NCBI RefSeq assembly: GCF_036321535.1
Contig: NC_087447.1
Location: 37,636,001 to 37,700,000, forward strand
Direction of reading: 5' to 3'
Origin: Camelus dromedarius
Lineage: Eukaryota
Length of the DNA: 64,000 nucleotides
Shown: positions 39,383-52,200 of the stretch, one piece after another
Numbering within the stretch: the stretch's first letter is position 1
Layout of the letters: each line of letters starts with the position of its first letter
The notes under the pieces: model-generated
The model's database searches: none
Seen by the model: only the letters and a program-made list of their open reading frames with translations
What the model was told of the DNA's origin: nothing
Position numbers and translations under genes: made by a program

Positions 39383-39554
39383 TAACGAGAGCAGTCACGA
39401 TCTCCTCCATGCTCTCCAGGAAGCTGCTGAGGTGCTGGGTGAAGGGCAGGTGTGGGGAGGTGACCTGGGCAACCACGGCTGCAGCCTCAGCCCGCGTGGC
39501 CTCCGAGTGGCTGTCGTCGGTCAGGATGTCGGCCAAGCACAGAACACCGTCCAC
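39383..39554 (-). CDS. INSC: INSC internal coding exon (VDGVLCLADILTDDSHSEATRAEAAAVVAQVTSPHLPFTQHLSSFLESMEEIVTALV), 172 bp, phase 0/1
   Basis: Lies within ORF 39348..39617. CAG acceptor at 39555-39557; GTGAGT donor. The final A joins AA of the next exon to give Lys. Confidence 0.96.
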
Positions 39555-40159
39555 CTGCAGATGGAGAGAGGGCACAGCCCTGTGTGTCCTGGAAGAGCGC
39601 ATGCTTTTGACAGTCACGAGACAGACTCAGGCACCCTACACAGCCCAGTCCTGCATCCTCGGTGACTCTGGGGACTTACCCTTTGGCTCCAAAGAGATCA
39701 GTGACCTTCCATGGGCTTCTTAGAGAGCAGACGTCAGCTGGGCTTCCAGGGGCTAGGCCCTGTTCATCCACTAAGTGAACAGCAGTGGAAAGAGCAGGAA
39801 CCTCACATCCTTAAGCTCCCATCCCAGCTCCCTCTCGCTTGCATTGGTCACTCGGCCTCTCTGAGTTTTTATTTCCTCATCTGCCAGCAAGGTGTTAGGA
39901 TTTAAAGAGATGAAGCAAGTGATGCTAGATCCAGAAGAGAGGCTTAGCAAGTGTTGGCTCCCTCCGCACCTCCTTGGGTTAGCAGCAAGCTGGGGTCCAT
40001 GTGTTTCCTCCCTCCCGCTCCCCCACAGGAGGAGGGCTGCTTCCCCAGAGGCCTTGCTCTCTCCGCCCCCCAGAGAGAAACAAATCCGGGCACATGAATG
40101 CCGGATAGACTTCAGCTTCCCAGTTCTGCCCCAGTCACACCTGCTTTTGGCATAACAGC

Positions 40160-40450
40160 TTCCACTTATTGAGTGCCTAATACACGCTGGCTACCACCGT
40201 GCATATATTATTATACCATTAATCCTTATAACAGCCTTCTGAGGTCAGTGCTATTATATGCAGTGCACATGTTATTATACCATTAATCCTATAATAACCT
40301 TCTGAGGTCAGTGTTACTATTATCTTCAATTTACAGATGAAGAAACTGAGACACAGAAAGGTGCATTGACTTGCCCCAGATCACAGACTTCAAAGGTAGT
40401 TGGTTTGGGATTTGAACCCAAATGGTCTAGCATCAAAGCCCATGGTTCTG
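40160..40450 (-). mobile_element. MIR SINE with an internal tandem duplication
   Basis: tttacagatgaagaaactgagacacaga...gacttgcccc core. Confidence 0.8.
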
Positions 40451-41674
40451 AAAAGGCATCACACTTCTTCTGAGACTCGACACCTGAGCTCAGCCCCCAG
40501 CCTCCAGCAGGGGTGAGTAGGTGAGACTTGTTTAGAGAAAACGGGGCAGTAACTTGATAGGTGAGCTCACAGCTCCTCAGGTGCCCCAGGACACCCACCT
40601 GCCTGAGGGCCTGCCACCAAGGGCCACGGAGACCTTCCCTCAGTAGGGGTCAGAGGGGGAGGGGTGAGGCAGGAAAGGACCAGGGCGAGGTGAGGTGAGG
40701 AGAGGCCTGCGCTGCTGCTCCCACACCTGCCGCAGGCCCCAGGCTCCTGTCCCTACAGTTACCTCCTGCCACTCAGCTCCCCAGAGTCTGCATTTCGTTT
40801 GACTAATTACCCCCACTGAGTTCTGGGCCTCCCTTCAATGCTCTTGGGAGCTGTAAGGTCCATTAGCTGTGAAGGCCTTTAGCAATCTCAGACTCAAAAG
40901 AGACAAATGTGGAAACAGTAGCTCAGGGAACTGTCCGCAATAAAACTCACCTGGATGTACTTAATAAACGAGAGCAAACAGCAGCCAGGCAGTCCTGGCA
41001 GGACTGGGTTCGTGCCAGGTGTTTGAGTCACAGGCCCTTGGAGAGGGGCCCCACTTGGACTCAGGGAAGGAAGGAGGGGTGCTCTGGGCCTAGAAACAGG
41101 AAGCAGCCCCCTCATCACCAAACTAAGAAACCCCTTAGCCTCGTCTGGTTTGTTCCCTTCCTCTTTCCAGCACCATCCAAGGCTGCATCGAAGGAGCTCC
41201 GGGGTGTCTAATGGGGGGACGTCTCAGTCAGTCCAGCTCCCTAATCTCATCTTGGATGCTTATGGAGTTGCCTCCCACACCCAGTTGGGAATGCTGGTCA
41301 GATCCAAACTAGACCCAGACCTTCTCCCCAGCACCTGGTGGGAGATGGGCCTATCTGATCGCACTAGAGAGGCCAAGAAGTGGACAGTCCCCAACGGCCT
41401 GTGCCACCAGCCCAGACTGTCGCTCACCAAACCTACTCAGCACAATCTCCTGCCTCCTGAGCCAGGCCCTGAGCTGGAGCAGAGGGGCAGGGGCAAGTGA
41501 CTCGTCCACAAATGGCCATTACACAACATGACTTCTGGTAAGGACACTCCATAGGGAGGCCTTCCAGAAGCCACCCTGACTTAACACTCACACCCCAGCT
41601 CAGGGAGGTGTCCATCCTTGGAACCCACACCCAAGCACTTCTGCTATCATGGCGGCATTTATCACCCTGAATGG

Positions 41675-41855
41675 CCCTGTTTCTCCAAGTGCATCTGTGG
41701 ACCAGCAGCACCAAATTCACTACGAGTTTCTTCAAAGTTTCTTCTTCCTGGGCCACACCCAGACCTATTCAGTTAGACTCTCTGGGGAGGCCTGGAATCT
41801 GCATTTTAACAAGGTCCGCACTGACTTTATGCACCAGAAATTTGGAGCAGCACCC
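41675..41855. mobile_element. MER5-type hAT MITE
   Basis: ctgggccacacccagacctattcagttagactctctggggaggcctggaatctgcattttaacaag. Confidence 0.7.
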
Positions 41856-42249
41856 CTGGGGTGTGATTCTCTGCTCCCGGGTTTATCTGTCTCTGCCTGC
41901 CATCCCCCTAGGGGCACTGTAAGTCTGGGGACCACAGCTTGTGCATGTAGTAGGCTTTCAATAAAGGGAGGATAAATGCAAGAGAGGAAAATTTGACCTA
42001 AGACTGAGGACAGTCTTTAGACAAGTCAAGGTAAAGAAATTGTACTGCAGATGCAGGAGATATTGTGACCAAAGGAAGAGGCAGCTTTGGAGCAACAGCC
42101 GGCTTGGAAACATGGATTCCACAGATTCCTGACCCCAGGCAAGTGACCCTGACCCCAGCCTGATGTGGACCCTGGTACCCTCTCTCCCAAGAGACAAGGA
42201 TCTGTGGTGTCCTGTCAGTGCAACTGCCCACTGTCTGGCTTTCCTTCTA

Positions 42250-42371
42250 ATTTGTTTTAGATGCTCCAGATCCCTTTAGGTAATTTATTAATTATGAAAT
42301 ACATCATCCCTTCAAAAGAGAATATATATGTAACAAATTTATATGGTATCAAAAATAATAAAATGAACACC

Positions 42372-42422
<51 letters not shown>

Positions 42423-43240
42423 CCAACATCCGGAACTTCTAATATCTGGAATAAAATAAAACCATGAAGGTCCTGAATGTCATTCTTGATCTCATACCTC
42501 TGCTTTTTTCTGCTGAAGGAGCCACTGCCCTGAATTTTGTGCTTATTATTCCCTTGTTAACCTTCGAGATTTATTGCATGTGCATATTGTTTAGTTTTAT
42601 AAGGTTTTGAACTTGACATAAATGGAATCATACTGTGTATAGCAATTTGCTTTTTTCTCCAGTCAGCCTTATGTTTGGGAAACTCCTTTCTGTTGTTACA
42701 TGTGGTTAAGGGCCATTTATCTTCACTGCTGTGTGGTGTTTCACTGTATAAATCGACTGTAATTCATGTATGTATTCTCCCTTTGACGGACATTTGAGTC
42801 GTTTCCCAGTTTTTGCTACAATATACGGCACAGCTATAAATATTCTTCTAAATGTCTTCTGGTGCACATGTGCTTGTTTCTCTCGGGTCCTCAATCTAGG
42901 AGTGGAATTACGGGCTCAGAGGGTCTGCACACCCTTAACTTTGCTGGTGTTGCCAAACTGTTCTGAAAAACAGTTACAGCAGTTTAGATTCCCACCAGCA
43001 ATGTGTAAACTCACTTAACACCGTATTCTCGCCAATATTTGGTACTGTCATATTTAAAATCTTTGCCACTTCGATAGGTTTGTAAATTTTTATTTTAATA
43101 GGCATGGCTCCACTTACTATAATGAAGCTAAGAGTCTTTTTATATGTTTGGTTTTGCTTTGATTTGGTTTGATTTTTACCATTTGAATTGCCTCTTCTAT
43201 GAGTTGCCTGTATGCATTTTGCTCATTTTTCTATTTGGTC
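42250..43240 (-). mobile_element. Old L1M-type 3' fragment containing (TG)n at 42375-42420
   Basis: Minus ORF 42706..42894 (HVHQKTFRRIFIAVPYIVAKTGKRLKCPSKGE) resembles the L1 ORF2 C-terminus. Confidence 0.75.
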
Positions 43241-46200
43241 GATAGTCACATGGGCCAATTTCCCAGGCCTTTGGCTCTGATGCCTCTGACTTGCCACTTA
43301 GCCTCCTGCCAACAAGCTGCCACCAGCCCAAGTTGAGCTCCATATTCATCACCATCTCAGCAACTCCAGCCCAGCCTGGCTCATCACAGCAGGAGCCTGA
43401 AGGGTCCCCCACCACTGGGTTCTGGGCGTCCCAGTGCCTGAACCAATTCCTGTAGCGTCAGAATACACACAAGATCTGCAGTCACACCCACCTGGGTCTG
43501 AATTCTGCCTCTGTATCTTACTACCTGGACAATTTTTGTACCTAATTTGAGGCTTTATTTGGGAATATAATGGGAATAAAAATACCAACCTCAGAGGATA
43601 CTGAAATCTGGAATCAACTGAGAACATGCATGTTCAGTGTCTGCCACATGGTGGCACCATCATCCCACCTCATCCCCATCTGGTGGCTGCAGCCACCTCT
43701 CCTAGACTCCGGGGCCCTGAGTCTTAGTTCGCCTCAATTCTGCCTGCCCCAGCTTAGGTCTCCCAACTGAGCTTCTCTCCAGAGCTCCTTTCCGCAGGCT
43801 TCTCTAGGACTAAGACCCTATGGAGAACCTCAGCCTTTTGGGTTGGGGCCCCAAGTTTAGCCACTTGCTTGGCCAGCCTTGGATCATGCAGCCCAGAACT
43901 AGAAGTCCTAGAATGTCAGTGACTCCTGTTTTAATACCTGACCAGGAACAGTAAGATGAATAATGACAATTCCTCACAAGGAAACCAGCGGAGAGTCCCA
44001 CCCATGCACCCCTGTATAGTTCAGCAAACATGTACTGAACACCTACATTGTGGGTGCTGAACTAGACAGACTGATGCAGAGATGGATCAGGAATAAATAA
44101 AGACAGACACATAGAGAAACAAACAAAAAAAATGAAAGGGAGGGAGAGAGGGGAGGGGAGAGAGAGAGAGAGATCATACGTTTAAAAGGATGTGGAAACT
44201 TGCCTGGTGCAAAGCCCAGCCTCTCCAACCCTCTCTCACTCGGCTCTCTGGATCAACTCCCACTGCTGAGAACTCTTTCCCCTTCCTGGGCCTCCATGAT
44301 ACCCCACTCTGGGGCTCACCTTCTCTCCAGCTAACTGCTTTTTAGCCCCAGGTTTGGCCATCAGCCCACTCTGTACCACCTCAGTCAATAGCACCCAAAC
44401 CCAAGTGGCCTCTATGACTCTGTGATGACCCCCTAACCCAGCCCTCCATCCCGGACCTTTCCCAAGATCCACATCTACACTTCCAACGTGCTGCTGAGTC
44501 TCTGTGTTCAAGTCTAAAACTGATTTCTCTGGATATTTCACAGGCGTCAAGCCCAGGTCACTTACAGCTGAAGTGCTCACCTTCCCTGCCTCCCCTCCTC
44601 ACTCCCTCTCAGACCCAGGTGAGAGGTCAGCTCCTCTGGGAACAGACACCTGCCTCCCCCAGACAGAGGGTCCCAGTCCTCCCAGCTGCCACACCACTCT
44701 GGTCCAACCACAACCTATATCTTGTTGGATCATCCTCATCAATTTACACACCTTTCCCTGCAGTAGATCTGAGCTGCTCAGGGCAGCTCCTGTACAGAAT
44801 CCTCTCTGGTCTCCAGCACCCAGCTGAGGCCTGACTCACAGAAGTTAACTTGTGGAGTGTGGGCCGAATGACGAGGAAATAGTGGTTCAGGGAGGGGAAG
44901 GGACTGCCCAGGCCATGAAGCAAGTTAACACCAGGGCTGGGACTCCCATCCTGGCCTCCCCTCTCCTGGCCCTGTGCCCCCTCTCTGGGGCCCTTGGAAA
45001 GGGCAGTGAAGGGAGAAGCTGGGGAGAGGGCCAGGGCAGTGGGGGCTGCTGAGCTCAGTTAATACAGTGAGCCCAGGAGTAGCCCAGCCCGAGGCCAGCT
45101 TCCTCAAACACTCGTCCCTTCTCCGGAGAGTCTCCCTCCCTAAACACCCACTTCTCATCTTCAGTCACAAACTTAATGATGCCAAGAGAACAATCTCATC
45201 AAAGCACTTTCACATCCCTAAAGAAACTGCTGCTGGAAGCACTTAGAGGTAATTAGCTTTTACACAGAGCGGGATGGGCCTGGGCCTGAGGACAAGCTTT
45301 CCTCACAGAGGGCATTCGAGGGGTGGGTGGTGAGGCTGGCCTGGCCTGGTCACTACCTGGGCTGCAGGACTGATGCACCCGGAATCGGGACACAGGGAGC
45401 TGATGCATGCTGAGATTCTGCCCAAGGAGTGGGAGAAGGGGTGTGGAAGCCACGCAGCTGAGGAGCCCAAGCGTACTGTAAATCCTGTAAACATCACATC
45501 ACATTTATGAGCAATGTCCTCCTACTGATTTCTGGAAAAGCATCAATGGTGGTTTTTATGTGACTATCTCAGGGACACAGGCTAGTACACAAAGGCCACC
45601 CTATAGCACTGGTGCTGGTCAGCTACTTCCTAATTCCTTTTTGCATGTTCAGTCTCTAGGGAAAGGCAGAGGAGCTGGTTGCCGGGTTGTTTAACGGGTA
45701 AGCAGAATCCTGCAAATGCAGTGGTAACTCCGCCACGGGGAGGGAGCATGACCTAAAGACCTTCAAATTACCTTCTTCACCTTTCTGGCCACTTGGACCC
45801 CAAGAGTCTGCAGGGAAAAAAAAAGACAAGTGGGACCACAAAGCAATTGAAATCCTTCTCATGGGTCAAGGCAGGATGGATCTGTTTGCCCAGGGTACAG
45901 CCAGAGGGACAATTCAATCACAGTCAGAGAAGGAAGCAAGGGTCACGCCCAAGGAAGCAGAGACAAGTGTGGGTCAAGGGACAGGGCAAAGCATTTGGTG
46001 GAAAAATGAACCCCTGGGCCAGAGCAGGACCTGAATGTGGGGTGTAATCTAGATCAGGGCAAGGTTCAGGACAAAGTCTGCGAACACCGTAAGGGTTAAA
46101 GGCTCACTCTATAGAGTGACAGATTTGTTTTAAGGGGTGGTGGCAGAGCTGAGCACTCAGTAGAAAGCTACAGAAGGTGACGCAGGCCTGTAGGAGGGTA

Positions 46201-46699
46201 GAGTTCTCATCCTCCCAAGTGAACGTGTCTCAGACCCCACTCAACCTCTTCTGCTTTTTCAAACAAGAATCTCTGATGAAAAGCCAAGTGCCAAAATAGA
46301 CAAATAGAAATCTTACTGTGTAATAGGGAATGGAACAATGCATGGAAGGAATTATATAACCAGTCTGGCAGCCAACTCAGTGACGAAGAAAGAGATGCTT
46401 TACTGAGGTGGAAAGAAATCAATGATTAAGTCACTTAAGAATATAAATAGAAAATAATTTCCCTGTCAAGTGGGTGATTTTCCTTAAAGCAAATTGTTTT
46501 AAAAAAAATGCTCTGGAGGCATTTGGTGGTGGAAGGAGTGGCATTTGTGAGAAGGTATGGAAAGACCACTAAGAGAAAGTTCCTCTCCCTTTGGGTTGGG
46601 GCTCCTAGGCATGTGCTGATGTGAAGATACCAAGTTTTCCGCAAAGCCCTCCTGGCACAGCTGGGATCCGAACTGTATCAAAGTGCTTCTAGATCCGTC

Positions 46700-46876
46700 A
46701 TTATTTGCCTAGTTCTCAGATGATTAGGATCATATGGAAACGTTTTAAAATACTGATGCCCAGGCTTCACCACCAGAAATTCTGATTTAATTGCTCTGGG
46801 GTGGAGTATTCGCATCAAGATTTTTAGAGACTCCTCAGGTAACTCTAATGAAGATCCTCAGTTAAGCACCACTCTT
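46700..46876. mobile_element. MER5-type hAT MITE
   Basis: aaaatactgatgcccaggc...agaaattctgatttaattg...ctcctcaggtaactctaatg. Confidence 0.7.
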
Positions 46877-47039
46877 CTAGAGGTGCCTGTGGTACAGTGG
46901 AAGTCGCAAAAACTTAGGAGTAAAAAAACCTGGGCTCACAATTCAGCTGTGCTACTTGCTGACTTGGGGAAATGAGCAAGTTACTCGTCTTCTCTAAGTC
47001 TCAGTATTCTAATCCTTAAAATGATAATATCACACTTAA

Positions 47040-47564
47040 AGAAGGTATACATCATACACACACGCACGCGTGCGTGCGCGTGCACACACCACACACACAA
47101 TGGAATACTACTCAGCCATAAAAAAAGAATAATGAAAAATTATTATTATTAAAAAAAATAAAGAAATAATGCCATTTGCAGCAACAGAGATGGACCTAGA
47201 GGTGATCATACTAAGCGAAGTAAGTCACACAGAGAAAGACAACTATCATATGATATCATTTATATGTGGAATCTATAAAAATGACACAAATGAACTTATT
47301 TATAAAACAGACACATAATCACAGACATAGAAAACAAACTTATGGTTACCAAAGAGGGAAGTGGGGGAGGGATAAATTGGGAGTTTAGGATTAGCAGATA
47401 CAAACTACTATACATAAAACAGATAAACAAGGATCTGCTGCATAGCATGGGTTATTATATTCAATAACTTGTAATAACCTATAATGAAAAAGAATATATC
47501 TGAATTACTATGCAGTACACCAGAAACTAATACAAAATTGTAAATAAACTACACTTCAATTTTA
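47040..47564 (+). mobile_element. 5'-truncated L1 3' end with a ~22-bp target-site duplication
   Basis: aatggaatactactcagccataaaaa... L1 3' region, flanked by aaaatgataatatcacacttaa (47018-47039) and aaaatggtaatatcacacttaa (47565-47586). Confidence 0.9.
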
Positions 47565-47579
47565 AAAATGGTAATATCA

Positions 47580-49200
47580 CACTTAATGAAATATCAAAAG
47601 CATCCTCCCTGAAATCAGTAACAAGACAGAGATAGCCATTATCATTACTCCAATTTAACATTTTACAGTGGCCCTAGCCAATGCAATTAGACAAGAAAGA
47701 AAAAGAAATCAAAAGGTATAATGATTGCAAAAGAGGAAGTAAAACTGTCATAATTTATAGATGACATGATTGTGTGCATGTGTACAAAATCCAAATCTGT
47801 ATAAAATCCAGAAGAATCTACATACCATTAAAATTAATAAATGAATTTAGCAAGATCATTAGATACAATGTTCAAAATTGTATCTTCTATGTATTTGCAA
47901 CAATTAGAAAATAAAAAATTTTAATAAGTTACATTAGCATAAGAACATACCTAGAAATAATCTAAAAAAAGATGTGCAAGATGTCGACATTAAAAACTCA
48001 AAACATCACTGAGAGAAATTAAAGGCAGTCTATATACATAGAATACAAACTTGTGGTTGCCAGGGGGACGGGGAGTGGGAAGGGACTGGGATTTCAAAAT
48101 GTAGAATAGATAAACAAGATCGTACTGTGTAGCACAGGGAAATATATACAGGATCTTGTGGTGGCTCACAGCAAAAGAGAACGTGACAATGAATGTATGT
48201 ATGTTCATGTATAACTGAAAAATTGTGCTCTACACTGGAATTTGACACAACATTGTAAAATGACTATAACTCAATTAAAAAAAAAAGCAAAAGGCAGTCT
48301 ATATAAGTAGAGAGGTATACTACATTTATCAATTGGAACTCCCTATATTGTTTAAGATGTCAATTATCCAAAAATTTATTTAAAAATTAAAAAAAAACCC
48401 AGTCAAAATCTCAGCAGGTTGAGTTTAAAAAGCTGATTCTAACTTGTATATAGAAATGCAAAGAGTTTAAAATTATGAAGATAATCTCAAACAAGAACAA
48501 AATTGGAGGGCTTATACTACCAAATATTAAAATTTATTATAGACTTTTAAATATATTAGATGGGACTCAGCCACGTGCCTTATTGTCACAAGAATGGACA
48601 AAACGACTAACTGAACAGAAAAATAGTCCAGAAACAGACTCACAGATGTAATAACAGCTTCGCTTTAACTCAGTGGTGAAAAGATGACCTTTTTGATACA
48701 TGGTGTTGGCTCAGCTGAATTCATATGGAAAAACACTGAAACTTGAACACTAATACAAAATTAATTTGAAACAGATCATTAACCTCAATGTGAAAGGTAA
48801 AACAGTAAAGCTCCTAGAAGAAAATATAGGAGAATTTCTTCATGATTCTGGGGAAAACAACCCTTTCTTAAATGGACACAGGAACATTAACTATGAAAAA
48901 AAAGATCAACAAATTGGGCTTGATCAGTTAATTTCTGTCAATCAGAAGACACCATTAGGAGAATGAAAAAGCAAACCACAGTCTGAGAATATATGTCCTC
49001 AATACGTAACCTGACAAAGGGTTTGTATGAAAAATATATATTTTTTTTAAGTTTATAAGTCAATAAGAAAAAAGACAAAGCTCATTTTTTCTAAAGGGCA
49101 AAAGTCTCAAACAGACATTTCACAGAAGAAGACAATAAGGATATGGAAACACGCTCAGAACTTCTACTTATCAGGAAGATGAAAAATGAAGCCATCATGA
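47580..49200 (+). mobile_element. Old L1M ORF2 fragment, interrupted by a younger L1 3' end
   Basis: Peptide LNVKGKTVKLLEENIGEFLHD; reverse-transcriptase region aaaactgtcataatttatagatgacatgatt. Confidence 0.85.
48037..48289 (+). mobile_element. Young L1 3' end with a perfect 16-bp TSD
   Basis: aaaggcagtctatata at 48021-48036 and 48290-48305; ends tgacacaacattgtaaaatgactataactcaatt plus an A-run. Confidence 0.9.
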
Positions 49201-52200
49201 GAGAGCACGCTGTGCCCAAGCAGGCCACCAGCAGGGCGCTGCGCGTTTAGCCATCACAGACTTCACACTAATCATTTGTACTTTAAAAGTAGCCCAAGGG
49301 AGAATGAAACATGGCTTCGGAAACTGCGTGTTCATTATCTCTGTGTGTGTCTTTCCATCTCCCCTCCCTCTCTTCCGCTCTCTCACCGCTCTTCCCTCTC
49401 CCCGTCTCTGTGTCTGCATGTGGGACCAGGGGACCCACCCCTTGCTGTCAGGGGTGGCGGATGCTGGGTCCTGCTCTGTGCTTTGAGGGCTGGCCTGCTC
49501 CCTGCTGCTGGTGCCAGGCTGTTCCCAGGAAGCCGACCCTCCCTAATTTAATTCTGCCCCCAAAGCCGCACATTCTGTCTTCCCTCAGTCTCCTCACTGT
49601 CTCCCCTCCCTGCTACAGCAATTTCCTTTCCCTGCTGGTCTCAAAACTAACACTTGCCCCACTCGAGAAGCCAAGGGGAGGCCAGTGCGGAAGCGCAGGC
49701 CCCACCTCTGCACACGTCTGGTGCCCTGAGCAACCCTGGCTTCCCTGTGGTACAGCCTCCCTCCTCCCCAGTACAAGCATCACGTTCACATCTGACTGCT
49801 TATTTATTTCCTGTTCTCACTAGATCACTTGGGGGTGCAGCCAGGAAATGCACTTTTACCAATGTTTTACCCCACAGAGCTTACTGCCCCTCACCCCACA
49901 CACACACACAGAGTTCTCAACCACAGGCCTCCGTCTATGAACTCACAGGGAGGGAGGGGGGCCCAGCTCTCTTCTGACAACACACACCAACCACCCCAGA
50001 GAAGAGGCACCAGAATTCCCGGCCCAGCCAGCACAACACTTTCCAACTTTCGTCCATCACTTTCATCTTCCAAAATCACTTCGTATGACGCACGATACCA
50101 GCAGAACAGAGACTCCACCCACCAAAGGAGAAAACCCAGGTTTATAGGGGTTAGGAATCTCCCTCGTGATTCCCCAGCCAACCAGCAGCAAAAGAGGAGC
50201 TGGCCCCAGGTTCTGTCCACGGTTGCCCAACCTGGGGACAAGTTCTGCTTGGGGACCTAAGAACTTGGGCTCAGAGCTTTAGGAGGGAGAGGAAAGGGGG
50301 AGAGGGGTGGGGACAGAACAAGTTTCTAGGACCACATGGTGCAAAAGGGGGCTCAGGGTAAATCCCACATAGAGATTTTTAGCCATTCCGCCCTTGCTGA
50401 GGGGCCCTACAGTGTCTTCGCTCCCCCACTCCCAACCCACGCTGGGCCTGGAACTGCTCACAGGCTGTATCTGAGTGAAGTCAGGCAGCCTGCCCTCTGG
50501 GCTCAGCCTTGCTGGGAACAGTGGGAACGTGGGTGTGCAGGTGACTCTGCCTCTCTGGGCCTCTGTCCTCTCATCTGCAATGGGGGAGGAGGCACCAGCA
50601 CTCTTCCGACTGTATTTATTCATTCACGCAGCAGAGTTGTTCATCTGTGCGTGCAAGCCGCTTCCCTGATGGGCCCGGGGTGGGTGAGATAGTGCCTGCT
50701 GGTGGGGAGGCTTAGACAGAGCTCTGGGGTCAAGAGCGAAGATCATGCTCCCAGAGCTGCACCAAGTACCTGGGGAGCACCAAGGGGGAGGAGGGCCGTC
50801 AGGAAGGCCGCCCGGAGACGGGGCACTGACAGATGTCAGCGGTGCTGGGGAAACACTTGGCTGGGACAGCCCAGCTTGGGCAGGTGCCGCAGGGCAAGGA
50901 AGCCCAGGGGACGGATAGTGGAGGAATCTGAGGGGAAGGGGAAAATAACTGACACTCATGGCACATTGACTCATTTTGTCCCCATAATCTGCAAGGCAGG
51001 AATTATCACTTCACTACTCATAGGATGGCACCAGGGCTCAGAGGGGTGCACGGTCAACCCATAGTAAGTGGTGAAGCCAGACATCAAACCAGGTCCGTGT
51101 ACCAGAGGGGAAACGTGCCAGAGGTGGCTTGCTCAGAGGGCACCTCCAGTGCCAGGCTTGGGGGTTGGATTTTGTCCAGTGAGAACTGGGGATGCTTAGA
51201 AGGGGTCCTGTTCCAGGAAGGCAGAGGACAAATTCACAGTCAAATCCTGGAAGTTGAAAACATACTAGATTACAAGATGTATCCACAGCCTCCTCCTGGA
51301 GGAAGCTGCTGAGTAGAAAGAACATTCTGTTTCCTTAAATTTGCAAAGCACGACCCACACAGGACATAGCCTGGCCCTGACCTCTGGTTTGGTGTGAAGC
51401 CTTCCAGTTTTGCAAGCTCCAGGAGACAGCCCCAGGCAGGGCGGCAGGGTTGCAGTTTCAGCTTTTTCCCACCAGACGGCGCTGTCGCACGGCGCACAGG
51501 GACACGCCGAGGACCCGCTGAGCTGAGTCTTTGCCGCCCGCTGCTTTCAGAGCTCAGGCTTCCTGATACTTTCTCCAAACTCCAGTTTGGAGTGGGGCGC
51601 AGCCCCCAAGCCAGCAGGGCCTTCCTTCAGTCTGGACAATACTGGCCCACAATATCTGCGTGAATCTCGCTGGGAGAGGCAGGGGGAACTGCGCAGTGTT
51701 CCTAATTCTGTTCTGCCCATTCACGCCTTGGCCTCCTTCAAGTTCCCCCACCCTCCCCAGGGCCTCTCTGCACAGTCCTCCCATCCAGGAGGTTGAAGGC
51801 AGGCGCCTGGGGGCGTGAGGACTGGAGGAAGCTGATACGTCGAGGTGGGTTGAGCCCCAGAGAGGGGTGAGGGGACATCTGGATCTTCATTCAGAGGCAT
51901 TTTCTCTCTCCATTTCTCTACAAGCTGCTCCCAGGTAAAGACAGGGCTTCAAGTCAAATTAAGCAAGAGCTCTCACCTGGCATCCAGATCCCCTCTCTCC
52001 CCACCCAGCCTCACTAACATATTAGAACTGACTCCATGAAGACAAAGTAGCTGCCTCACCCTGGGGTCTGTACACGACCGTCTCTTTCCCCTAATGGGGT
52101 GGGAGTTGGGGGTGGCAAATGGAACCTATGGCTGGGAGCAAAAATGAGGCTCTCAGCCCCAGGCTCTGCCTCTGCCAGCGTCTCTACGCCTTCCATCCTC

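Noticed and set aside
49222..49243. CTCF-like motif ccaccagcagggcgctg (similar ones at about 23100 and 58481)
   Set aside because: Each has a mismatch in the core, and I cannot support them without PWM scores or ChIP data.
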